A stretch of 64,000 bases of DNA, taken from the IMG/VR virus record IMGVR_UViG_3300030107_003448, positions 36,679-100,678 of that record. One strand, given 5' to 3'. Positions 30,068-38,501 of the stretch are shown one piece after another. The notes beneath the pieces were generated by a model. The model searched no databases and had not been told where the DNA came from. It was given only the letters and a program-made list of their open reading frames with translations. The first letter of the stretch is position 1. Every line of letters starts with the position of its first letter. The translations under genes and the position numbers were made by a program. The DNA is from a virus.

Positions 30068-31615
30068 CTACTCCATTCTTTTACTGATGATGTCATCAAT
30101 ACGTAAGATGGAGATGGCTACTTCAGATGAACTACGAATTGCTTGTGTAATAACAGATAGTGGTTCAATGACACCTATTTCGGTCATACTCACAGTGCCA
30201 CCATTTGTTACATCTACTCCTCTATCTGACATGCCTTGTGCATGGTCATTTCTTAGAGCCAGAATGGTGTCTAATGGGTCATGTCCTGCGTTTTCTGCAA
30301 TAGTAGCAGGAATAATTTCTAAGGCTTCTGCAAATGCTTCTACAGCCATTTGTTCTCTCCCACCCATGTCTGCTGCTCTTTGTCTCAAATGGTTAGCCAT
30401 ACTGATATACACTGAACCTCCACCAGTTACGACTTTACCGTTCTTATATGCTAAACTGACTACACCTACAGAATCTGCGAATGCTCTTTCAAATTCATCT
30501 AGGGTTTGCATAGTCGCTCCCCTTAGAATTAATGTAGACACAGGGCATTGTTCACCTTCGTGCTCTATTATGACATATTTCATGTCTCCAATTTTGTCTT
30601 CTCTGATAGATAAGCACTCGCCTACATGCTGTTCACCTAGAGATTCAATGTCATGTGCTACTCCTATGGTAAGAAGGCGAGACAGAGAACCAAGGCTGCT
30701 TTCTGCTACTCTCCTAACCACTGCAATATTGGCTTCTGCTAGGAATTTAACTACACGTTCATCTACTCCATCACGAGAAAAGACTACACCACCTTTTGGT
30801 AGTATGTTTATCACTTTTTCAGCATTAGCGAATAAAGTCATTTTGCCTGCATCATTATATTCTTTGGCTTCTCTTGCCGATGAAAAATGCACGTTAGTTT
30901 TTTCTTCTTTTTTGGGTGTGTTTAAACCTGTGTTAATCAAAATAGCACTAGGTGTAGCGCCATCTTTCAAAGCCACTTGAAACTCTTTGTTTAATACAAT
31001 ACCCGGGAATAATTTAGATTCATCCATGCTTCCTCCAGATTGACAAATTACTCTCACTTTAGAAGCGTCTCCTTCTGCATCTAATACTGCATTGACACAT
31101 AGTTCAGATGCTTTATCTAAACAGTGTTCTACACTTTTACCTGTCATTGCTGTTTTTGCTACTAAGTTTAAATCTGCACTACCCGAATCTAAATCATTAC
31201 AATACTCAATTGCCCATTTAGACGCTTGATGATACCCACGACAGATAACATTAGGGTGCAATCCTTTTTGGAATAGTTGTTCACTATTCGCTAATAGTTG
31301 TCCACCTAAAACCACTGTGCTAGTTGTGCCATCATAGCATACATTTTCTTGTGTCTTAGCCATTTCAATAATCATTTTTGCTCCGGGATGGGCTACATCT
31401 AATTCACGTAGGATGGTCGCACCGTCATTTGTTACAATGACATTACCGTGACCATCTACCATCATCTTGTCCATACCCGCAGGCCCAAGTGTGCTACGCA
31501 CTGTATCTGCTACAGCCTTAGCCGCACGTATATTGTGCATTTGGGCTTGATTTCTGCCTGTTTGTTGTTGTTCGTCTCTTACTACTACTACTCTTTGTTC
31601 TTCACTCATATCCAA
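30068..31615 (-). CDS. ths: Group II chaperonin (thermosome subunit)
   Basis: STLGPAGMDKM, VTNDGATIL, DGTTS, TLILRG and ILRIDDII. Confidence 0.95.
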   Translation of the reverse strand: MDMSEEQRVVVVRDEQQQTGRNQAQMHNIRAAKAVADTVRSTLGPAGMDKMMVDGHGNVIVTNDGATILRELDVAHPGAKMIIEMAKTQENVCYDGTTSTVVLGGQLLANSEQLFQKGLHPNVICRGYHQASKWAIEYCNDLDSGSADLNLVAKTAMTGKSVEHCLDKASELCVNAVLDAEGDASKVRVICQSGGSMDESKLFPGIVLNKEFQVALKDGATPSAILINTGLNTPKKEEKTNVHFSSAREAKEYNDAGKMTLFANAEKVINILPKGGVVFSRDGVDERVVKFLAEANIAVVRRVAESSLGSLSRLLTIGVAHDIESLGEQHVGECLSIREDKIGDMKYVIIEHEGEQCPVSTLILRGATMQTLDEFERAFADSVGVVSLAYKNGKVVTGGGSVYISMANHLRQRAADMGGREQMAVEAFAEALEIIPATIAENAGHDPLDTILALRNDHAQGMSDRGVDVTNGGTVSMTEIGVIEPLSVITQAIRSSSEVAISILRIDDIISKRME

Positions 31616-32217
31616 TCTACCTCTATTTCTACTATTTCCCCTGTTTCTCTGGAGCGTGATTTAATGATGCCTTCTGTATGGCCATGTGTCCATAAGCGAT
31701 GGACCAATTGGCTGTCTTTTAAACAATATGCCGCCACTTCATTGTAACGGCCTTGTTTCCACATGATGGGCGCATCTACCCCTGCGGCTGTTTTTGTATC
31801 TTCTAATGTATGACGAGATAATGTATTCAAGTCATGATAATCTGCACCTGCTTTTCGGCATAGTAATGATGTGTCTACAAGAGACTCCATTTTACCTAGT
31901 AAATCCCCTGCTGTCCAACAATCTAATGCATCCCTTAAAACAGGTAAATCAAAGTTGACAATATTATGTCCTATAACTCGGCCACCTTCTTCTATATGCT
32001 TTATTAAGTCATCCCCTAATGTTTTGGGGTGTAACTCTTTCAATATTGTGCCTTTAGGCAAAGCCGCAGGGTCAAGTGATTTGTTACAATATATTGTGCC
32101 TACTTCTCCATCCCACGTTGTTACCACAGTCGGTTCAAACATGGCTGTTTTATCCCAACCCCCAATTTCATGGGAGTAGTTTGCTGTTTCTATGTCTAAT
32201 GCTAGTAATTTATTCAT
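31606..32217 (-). CDS. DEDD/RNase H-like 3'-5' exonuclease
   Basis: LALDIET, GHNIVNFDLPVL and YCLKD. Confidence 0.8.
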   Translation of the reverse strand: MNKLLALDIETANYSHEIGGWDKTAMFEPTVVTTWDGEVGTIYCNKSLDPAALPKGTILKELHPKTLGDDLIKHIEEGGRVIGHNIVNFDLPVLRDALDCWTAGDLLGKMESLVDTSLLCRKAGADYHDLNTLSRHTLEDTKTAAGVDAPIMWKQGRYNEVAAYCLKDSQLVHRLWTHGHTEGIIKSRSRETGEIVEIEVDWI

Positions 32218-33626
32218 TTCTGGTAGTCCTCCTTTAATCTACAGTATATCGATGCTCCTTCCCGAGTGGCATGGAACATATATTCGGAACGGTTGAAATG
32301 AGTGAAACAAGAAGTTTGAGATAAATTCCTCTCCTTCCCGTAGAACTCTATTAATTTGCTTTTGCGCACCCAACCTGCTCCTCTCCTGTCATCGAGGTCG
32401 AAAGTCTCACACTTTTTGAATGCGTCCTTCCAAGCGGCTTCTTTCTTGCGCCTCTCACTTGCCTTCGACCCAACTTCAACTTCCTCCTCTAACCACACGA
32501 TTAGGTTTTGGTATAAATCAAATAAAATTTGTTCAGCCATCATGACATGGTCTCCTGTCACGGTCCATACACCTTCTACCATAGCAAGATGTGTTGATAA
32601 TATGATAGTGTAGTTCATTAACCCGGGTATGAATGACGCAATTACTTCTGCTAACTTAGGGTCCATGTTTCCTACGAGTGTATAATAATCATCTACAGCA
32701 CCTAACATAGCGCCATCATATGTGTCGTCTTTATTGAATAAAACCCTAGCCACAGATTGCACTATAGTTTCTTTTTCGGGCCTACTCATTTCATTCCATT
32801 CAGTGGCTGTAATTTTTGCCAATGAAAAGATACGAGCCAATAGTGCTGTTTCTAAATCACGGAAGTGCTGAACAATGTCATCATATTCTATTGTGACATC
32901 GCTTATATCACCCCAAGGTAAGACAGCACGTTCTTCACTAATGGATTGTCTCATATCCATAGTCCAATTACGCCAATATAATAACACACGCTGGAATATA
33001 CCCTTGTGTAATACATATTCTTTAACTCCGTCTGGGGGATATGTCGTAATCCATAGTGACACTAAAGATTCCAATTCAATTGGGCCATCTTTTGTGTGTT
33101 TCTTGAGCACATTCTCCTCACTCCCAATAGGGTTACATGCTGTCTGTAAATATAGAACTGTATTTTGGCTAAACTTGCCGGGCTTTAATAGGATTGAACC
33201 TTCATCAAAGTTCAAGGCTTTATGCCCTGCTAATAATCCTTCTTTTTGGATTAAATGTGTTTCAGTCCTGCCCCCTTCTCCTTCTATTTCTTCTCTATCC
33301 CAACCACCAATTAAACCTGCATCTGTTCCTTCTGTGTAGGCTTCTGGTTGTAAGCCTAATTCACGAAGTAATTTTGCTATCACTCCCCATGAAATAGATT
33401 TCCCAGAACGAGAACCTTGAATCCAAAAGATGTGCACTCTGGGGTCAAGGAAAATTTTGTCCATGGGTATTCTTACGTAGGGGGCAGTTAGTTGTCCTTG
33501 TATAAAGAAGAAAGATAAGAAGCCGGGAATGTCGTTATTCTTAGAGACTCGTCTATAGTGGTCTAAATACCCACGAACAATGGGGTATTTTTGCACGGCC
33601 TCATATTCCATGTAATGCTTTACCAT
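32214..33626 (-). CDS. MCM-like AAA+ helicase lacking the usual N-terminal domain
   Basis: Walker A variant QGSRSGKS, TDAGLIG, Walker B LNFDEG, probable arginine finger GIFQRV and a C-terminal wHTH-like region. Confidence 0.65.
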   Translation of the reverse strand: MVKHYMEYEAVQKYPIVRGYLDHYRRVSKNNDIPGFLSFFFIQGQLTAPYVRIPMDKIFLDPRVHIFWIQGSRSGKSISWGVIAKLLRELGLQPEAYTEGTDAGLIGGWDREEIEGEGGRTETHLIQKEGLLAGHKALNFDEGSILLKPGKFSQNTVLYLQTACNPIGSEENVLKKHTKDGPIELESLVSLWITTYPPDGVKEYVLHKGIFQRVLLYWRNWTMDMRQSISEERAVLPWGDISDVTIEYDDIVQHFRDLETALLARIFSLAKITATEWNEMSRPEKETIVQSVARVLFNKDDTYDGAMLGAVDDYYTLVGNMDPKLAEVIASFIPGLMNYTIILSTHLAMVEGVWTVTGDHVMMAEQILFDLYQNLIVWLEEEVEVGSKASERRKKEAAWKDAFKKCETFDLDDRRGAGWVRKSKLIEFYGKERNLSQTSCFTHFNRSEYMFHATREGASIYCRLKEDYQK

Positions 33627-33644
33627 ATCTTTTCACCACTATTT

Positions 33645-33667
33645 TTATTGTTGTCGGTTCTTAAAGG
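33645..33667 (-). promoter_or_regulatory. Conserved viral promoter-like element, copy 1
   Basis: CCTTTAAGAACCGACAACAATAA upstream of the MCM-like gene. Confidence 0.75.
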
Positions 33668-33701
33668 AAAGTCGATAATTGCCTCTACCAGAGGGCACAC
33701 C

Positions 33702-34406
33702 TTAAGACTTGCGTGAACGTTTCTCAACTCGCACAGGTTGTTCACTAGTTAATACCTCAATCAACCGTGCTCTAAGCACGGGCCCTAATCCTCTCACTTC
33801 TTTCAATGATTTTTCATGTAACATTTCTTCTATACACCCACATTTTTCTAATAACTTTTCACACATTTCTTGCCCGAACCCGGGTATAGATAATAATAAA
33901 TCTAAACGGACATCATTTGTAGTAACTCTCCTCAATGCTTTCGCCCCATGTCTGGAAGCAGGCTTTTCCATTTTGTGATATAATTTCGCAATAAACTGGG
34001 CCGCTTCACTATGTGTAGGAGCGTAAAATACTTGACATTCAAAGTCAGACATGATGCGAGCAAGTGTTCCTGTGAGTTCGTTTTGAATTTTAGAATAAGT
34101 AGCACGAGTGTTTCCATTTTTTTTAATCTGTGCTAAGTGTTTAGCCACAGTCCCATGCACTACTAAGAAAAACCTCTCATAATTGGCATCCATATTATCT
34201 AACTGTCTCCATAAATGTCCACTATGGCTCGACTGGAATAAATCTGCAATGCTTTTTGCTTCTACACAGGCGTTACCTAATAGGTAATCTCCTACAGGTA
34301 AATTTTGTCTACTAATAGAAATACCTAAACGGTCAGCATTCCTTTCTACAGCGTTGCATAATGGGCCACGTTCATTAGTATCAATAACGATACTCAAAGG
34401 CTTCAT
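33702..34406 (-). CDS. ERCC4/XPF-family structure-specific nuclease with HhH
   Basis: IVIDTNE, GDYLLG…VEAKSIADL and C-terminal IPGFG/VRGLG hairpins. Confidence 0.85.
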   Translation of the reverse strand: MKPLSIVIDTNERGPLCNAVERNADRLGISISRQNLPVGDYLLGNACVEAKSIADLFQSSHSGHLWRQLDNMDANYERFFLVVHGTVAKHLAQIKKNGNTRATYSKIQNELTGTLARIMSDFECQVFYAPTHSEAAQFIAKLYHKMEKPASRHGAKALRRVTTNDVRLDLLLSIPGFGQEMCEKLLEKCGCIEEMLHEKSLKEVRGLGPVLRARLIEVLTSEQPVRVEKRSRKS

Positions 34407-35656
34407 ATATTCACCCCTTGTCCAACAAGTCCATTAATTTCTGTAGTGGCCATAGTAATATTATCAGCATTCCTGCTATCCCTATTGTTAGCAGTGCTGC
34501 CGTCAATGATATTACCCATAGAAACACCGTTTGCCATGAATTCACTGTCTCTGGTGGCTCTATCATGTATGACCCCAGTGCCATCATGGAATTGACATTT
34601 TCCCATACAGTAGCCCTTCCCATACAAAGTAGCACAAGAAGGATGGTCGTCATATTTATCTGCAATGTATCTTACATGCTTGCGTGTGACATCTGGGTCC
34701 CAATCTGCCCACCCTAACGTAGACATGAAACTTATAACTTGGTCTACTGCCTTTTCTTTTTCTTCATCGGACTGTGAATTGCGCCCATTAAACCAACGTA
34801 ATCTATGTAATAAAAATTGAGCCAAATACACTCTAGGATAGTGGTCTGGGTTCCCCTCTTGACAAGCCACTGCATTTAAGCAGGGTAAGATTTTTACCCC
34901 ATCCATTTTAGCAGTAGGGATATTCATTTTAGGGGTGTTTCTTTTGAATGGAGTAGCAGTTTGTTCTTTAACTTCTAAGTGAACCCCTAATTCTCCATAA
35001 GAAAAGTAACCACGTCTAGGATTGATAGCCAACTCCATAATAGATTCTGGGGTGCCTGTCAATATTTCATTGCTAGTCAAAGGTATGCTCCACAATCCCT
35101 TTTTATCATTAAAAGAGTTAGGTATACGAATCATACCTGCGGTGTCGAATGGAACAGCAGGGTCAGAACATGATAAATCTAAATCTGCTTCCCATATATT
35201 GAGTAGTCTCCTGCCTGCCTCTTTTATACGTGACACTTCTCTACCATTAGTAGGCATATAGTCTTCTTTTAATTTAATCCAAACATGAAAACCTCCACCA
35301 CTAAACCATACCCCATGATGGATGTCATGGTCTAATAGATACGTATGTAATGTTTGTATTTGTGATAATGGCACTGCCATATCTACATCTTTTCTTTTTC
35401 TAAAATCTTTACAATCAAAATCCATAACAAAATGACGGATTACTGGTGTATTATAATCACACCTATGATGCTTAGGGGGAGTGGTGGCTCTATATCCATA
35501 CACTGTCATGTATGCATTTGCTAAACCATTTTTACCTGCCCAATATCTTTCTAATTGTGTTCCAGTAGAAACTAATCTTCTGAAACCTTTTGCTCCAGAC
35601 GCTTGAATATCCAAGACTTCTCTTGGGAAATCCAAACGCAACAAATTCACGCACAC
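34403..35656 (-). CDS. Archaeo-eukaryotic primase, PriS fused to PriL C-terminal Fe-S domain
   Basis: MDFD, SGGGFHVW and IRIPNS, followed by LPCL…PSCATL…YCMGKC. Confidence 0.85.
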   Translation of the reverse strand: MCVNLLRLDFPREVLDIQASGAKGFRRLVSTGTQLERYWAGKNGLANAYMTVYGYRATTPPKHHRCDYNTPVIRHFVMDFDCKDFRKRKDVDMAVPLSQIQTLHTYLLDHDIHHGVWFSGGGFHVWIKLKEDYMPTNGREVSRIKEAGRRLLNIWEADLDLSCSDPAVPFDTAGMIRIPNSFNDKKGLWSIPLTSNEILTGTPESIMELAINPRRGYFSYGELGVHLEVKEQTATPFKRNTPKMNIPTAKMDGVKILPCLNAVACQEGNPDHYPRVYLAQFLLHRLRWFNGRNSQSDEEKEKAVDQVISFMSTLGWADWDPDVTRKHVRYIADKYDDHPSCATLYGKGYCMGKCQFHDGTGVIHDRATRDSEFMANGVSMGNIIDGSTANNRDSRNADNITMATTEINGLVGQGVNI

Positions 35657-35952
35657 ATCTCCTGTTCATTTAACAATGCGGCAAATTCTAATATTTCTTG
35701 GAGGACTTTTCTAAGTTCTTGTGGTTCTTTTATCAATACTACATTGATATGTATTGTAATGTCAGGCGGACCACCTTGTGTTTTATCGGGGAAAACATTT
35801 TCTCCGAAAAATTCATCCAAGGTAGTTTGACGAGACACAAACTTATCCCACGTTCCTTCTTTACCCATAGGTAAAAATTTCACATCTACCACACCACAAT
35901 TTAGAACACTTTGTAACAAAGTTTCAATCGCTACGCTTAATGCTTCTTTCAC
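35647..35952 (-). CDS. Small protein with PIP box
   Basis: QTTLDEFF matches QxxLxxFF. Confidence 0.6.
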   Translation of the reverse strand: MKEALSVAIETLLQSVLNCGVVDVKFLPMGKEGTWDKFVSRQTTLDEFFGENVFPDKTQGGPPDITIHINVVLIKEPQELRKVLQEILEFAALLNEQEMCA

Positions 35953-36905
35953 AGTATCACCTCGTTATCGCTAGTCCATGCAGGACAATAAGCCATTTGG
36001 TCACAGAAGGAACATTTGAACGCATCGCCTACTGTTGGGAAATCTTCCCGTAGGTGTGCTCTTATCAATTTCTCCAGACGTTTTTTCATGGCTTTCATAC
36101 TTGAAGTCTTACATTCTTCATAGTTCCAATGTGCTCCTTCTCCTCCATTGATGCCACCCATAGGAAAACGCCATCCAAAATGAGTGACTGGAGCATCTAG
36201 CCCACGTTCAGCAAGCCATGCCTTCCCTTCTTCTGTTTTTCTTTTTTCATCTAACAAAAATTTGTATACTGATAATTCAATTCTCATACTTGATACTTTA
36301 TTGCCTTTCCATTTCCCACTCTTTAATTCTAATAAAGCCAGACCTCCGTTTTCATCTTTGAATATACGGTCAACTATACCACATAAATGAACGGGCACTA
36401 TCACGCCATCTATTTCTATATCTGTGACTACTTCTATCCATAACTCATTTCCTACAGGTAGGAAGTCTTCTCCTCCAGTGGCTATTAATCGTTCCAATTC
36501 CCATTCAGCCAATTGACGTATACCATCTAACTCCCCATGCTTATACACAGACGTTCCTGTTGCATCGTCTTCTGGGTGTCTATCTAATTCTTCGGGAGAA
36601 GGAAATGCTTTCAAAGTAAGATTCAATGCCTTTTGCATTAAGTCTTCATCTGCTGCTTTTAATATGCCATCTATATGATTAGGCATACGTTCATAAAATC
36701 CTTCTAAAGCATTATGTAAATTAACTCCACGTATGTGATAGTCTTGAGTAATCGAAGGCAATCTCTGCATCTTCTCAAATTCGTATTGTTTAGCACACCA
36801 ATCAAAAGTGCCTAAAGAAGACTTAGTGACTCTGAGAATTTTACCATTGTCTTGTTTAGGTGACCAAGCATAAGTAGAAATATCAGTCGGCTTCAATGGA
36901 CTCAC
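35949..36905 (-). CDS. Cas4-like PD-(D/E)xK exonuclease
   Basis: GIVDRI…ELKSGK, an N-terminal Cys and C-terminal CSFCDQMAYC. Confidence 0.8.
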   Translation of the reverse strand: MSPLKPTDISTYAWSPKQDNGKILRVTKSSLGTFDWCAKQYEFEKMQRLPSITQDYHIRGVNLHNALEGFYERMPNHIDGILKAADEDLMQKALNLTLKAFPSPEELDRHPEDDATGTSVYKHGELDGIRQLAEWELERLIATGGEDFLPVGNELWIEVVTDIEIDGVIVPVHLCGIVDRIFKDENGGLALLELKSGKWKGNKVSSMRIELSVYKFLLDEKRKTEEGKAWLAERGLDAPVTHFGWRFPMGGINGGEGAHWNYEECKTSSMKAMKKRLEKLIRAHLREDFPTVGDAFKCSFCDQMAYCPAWTSDNEVIL

Positions 36906-37191
36906 CTTCCCCTAAGTGCACTAACACTAAAGAGCAATAACCCATTAAGTCATACCAAATATCTATATCTCTTTCCATGCTATCATTGCCACGTTTAAGA
37001 CGGCTTAGTTTGTCATCAATTCTCACGAACAACTGTTCGATAGGGCTAGAGTTACTAAATATTCTTAATGGGTCTACTACACTATCTCCATATTGTTTGT
37101 TTTTCTTACGGACCATGTTTACACATTTCCCGAATACTCTCACTATGCGTTGTTCTGTTGTTTGTTCCTTTTTCTTTTTTCTAAATCCCAT
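36883..37191 (-). CDS. DUF1599-like (nucleotide modification-associated) protein
   Basis: KKNKQYGDS, RIDDKLSRL and DLMGY. Confidence 0.65.
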   Translation of the reverse strand: MGFRKKKKEQTTEQRIVRVFGKCVNMVRKKNKQYGDSVVDPLRIFSNSSPIEQLFVRIDDKLSRLKRGNDSMERDIDIWYDLMGYCSLVLVHLGEGESIEAD

Positions 37192-37410
37192 TTACTCACC
37201 ATCCAATAAAACTTGTAACTTTCTTTTAATAGGCTCTACTCCTACTATCAATGTGCCATCTTCTAACTCTAAAGTAGGCACGCTACTTATTGTCATAGGG
37301 GCACCATCGTCTGTTAATTTAACCTTAACAATATCTTGTAGGTTGTTATCTTGAATCCATTGTTTTAATTGTTTACAAGGTCCGCACCATTCTGTTGTCC
37401 AGATAATCAT
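37192..37410 (-). CDS. Thioredoxin/glutaredoxin-like protein
   Basis: WCGPC and SVPTL. Confidence 0.85.
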   Translation of the reverse strand: MIIWTTEWCGPCKQLKQWIQDNNLQDIVKVKLTDDGAPMTISSVPTLELEDGTLIVGVEPIKRKLQVLLDGE

Positions 37411-37628
37411 TACAGTGACCCCCTGTATTTACGGGGGTTACTGCCCATCCCTACACTTTCTGTTGTTCCCATATCTAACCAATCTGTAATTTTTCTTTGT
37501 CCGTCATGTAACAATAGGTCTGGGTAAAATTCTAACAGTGTCGTCTGTCTTGTTATTTTACCACCACATTGGCACAGGTATGGTTTATTTTCTTGCTCTT
37601 TGTTTCTTAATCTTTTTAGCCATTTCAT
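37410..37628 (-). CDS. Microprotein with two PIP-like motifs
   Basis: CQCGG followed by QTTLLEFY and QRKITDWL. Confidence 0.55.
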   Translation of the reverse strand: MKWLKRLRNKEQENKPYLCQCGGKITRQTTLLEFYPDLLLHDGQRKITDWLDMGTTESVGMGSNPRKYRGSL

Positions 37629-37876
37629 TTTATCACCTTTCTTTTTGTTTTATATTCTATCATAGAAAGAAATTTATGAGCGTTAATTAAACACTTACCA
37701 TTATCAAATTCTAAAGTAGGTACTCCCCAATGGTATACACCACTAAGAACTCCTTCATATGAGTAGGTAGAGCCGTTATGATGACTCCATTCAATTATGT
37801 ATTTTCTACCTGTAAGGTTTTGGAATTTATCCATACCTGCTATTTTTTTAATAGGTTCATTTGTTTTTTGTTTCAT
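37625..37876 (-). CDS. Hypothetical protein
   Basis: ATGA-coupled ORF. Confidence 0.5.
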   Translation of the reverse strand: MKQKTNEPIKKIAGMDKFQNLTGRKYIIEWSHHNGSTYSYEGVLSGVYHWGVPTLEFDNGKCLINAHKFLSMIEYKTKRKVIK

Positions 37877-38229
37877 TTTATCACCTCTATCTTGAAGTAT
37901 ATTTCATCTGGAAAGTCTTCAAAGTAAAAGAGTGTAGCACCACAAAGCCAACCTATATCATCATCGGCATCACGATACCAGCACCCGCCCATATCTTTGT
38001 TTACTTTCTCGACTTTAATTGAATTGGGAAACTCTACATCTGAAAACAATAATCGTATATTCTTTTCAGATTTGCTACCCATTACATTCAATGCTTTATC
38101 TATGATAGCAGGCACACCTTCTACAAAAGGTTCAGCCACTAAGTCATTCTTCTCATCATCGAAAACCCAAGTTCCCGCATGTCTGTATAATTCTAGTATT
38201 TGTATTTTATTTTTATTCATCATTTTCAT
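37873..38229 (-). CDS. DUF6717-like protein
   Basis: GTWVFDD…LVAEPFVEG…GWLC…YF pattern, recalled from the family. Confidence 0.5.
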   Translation of the reverse strand: MKMMNKNKIQILELYRHAGTWVFDDEKNDLVAEPFVEGVPAIIDKALNVMGSKSEKNIRLLFSDVEFPNSIKVEKVNKDMGGCWYRDADDDIGWLCGATLFYFEDFPDEIYFKIEVIK

Positions 38230-38461
38230 TCACCTCTGGTGGTTCTATTGGTATCTCAAATCCACATCTAGGGCATCGTAATAACTTCGGGTCGTCTGTT
38301 AGTAAAGACTCTGGTTCGTTATCAATTAGCACTTCTAAACATAGAGCACGCTCCCAAGGTTCACAAATAAATTTCTTTTTCTGTTGTATAGATGTATCTA
38401 AAGACCCTCCCCATTGGGTATAGTCGCCTACTACATCTGGTTGTCCGTCTGGATATTTCAT
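38213..38461 (-). CDS. Small CPxCG zinc-finger protein
   Basis: CPRCG; first gene after promoter copy 2. Confidence 0.5.
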   Translation of the reverse strand: MKYPDGQPDVVGDYTQWGGSLDTSIQQKKKFICEPWERALCLEVLIDNEPESLLTDDPKLLRCPRCGFEIPIEPPEVNENDE

Positions 38462-38477
38462 TTCATCACCAATTGTT

Positions 38478-38500
38478 TTTTTGTTGTCGGTTCTTAAAGG
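38478..38500 (-). promoter_or_regulatory. Conserved viral promoter-like element, copy 2
   Basis: CCTTTAAGAACCGACAACAAAAA directly after the PolB stop. Confidence 0.75.
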
Positions 38501-38501
38501 G

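Noticed and set aside
29973-30980. 335-aa + strand ORF and the many other antisense ORFs in the track
   Set aside because: They are shadows of well-supported genes on the opposite strand, such as the thermosome, with no recognisable motifs.
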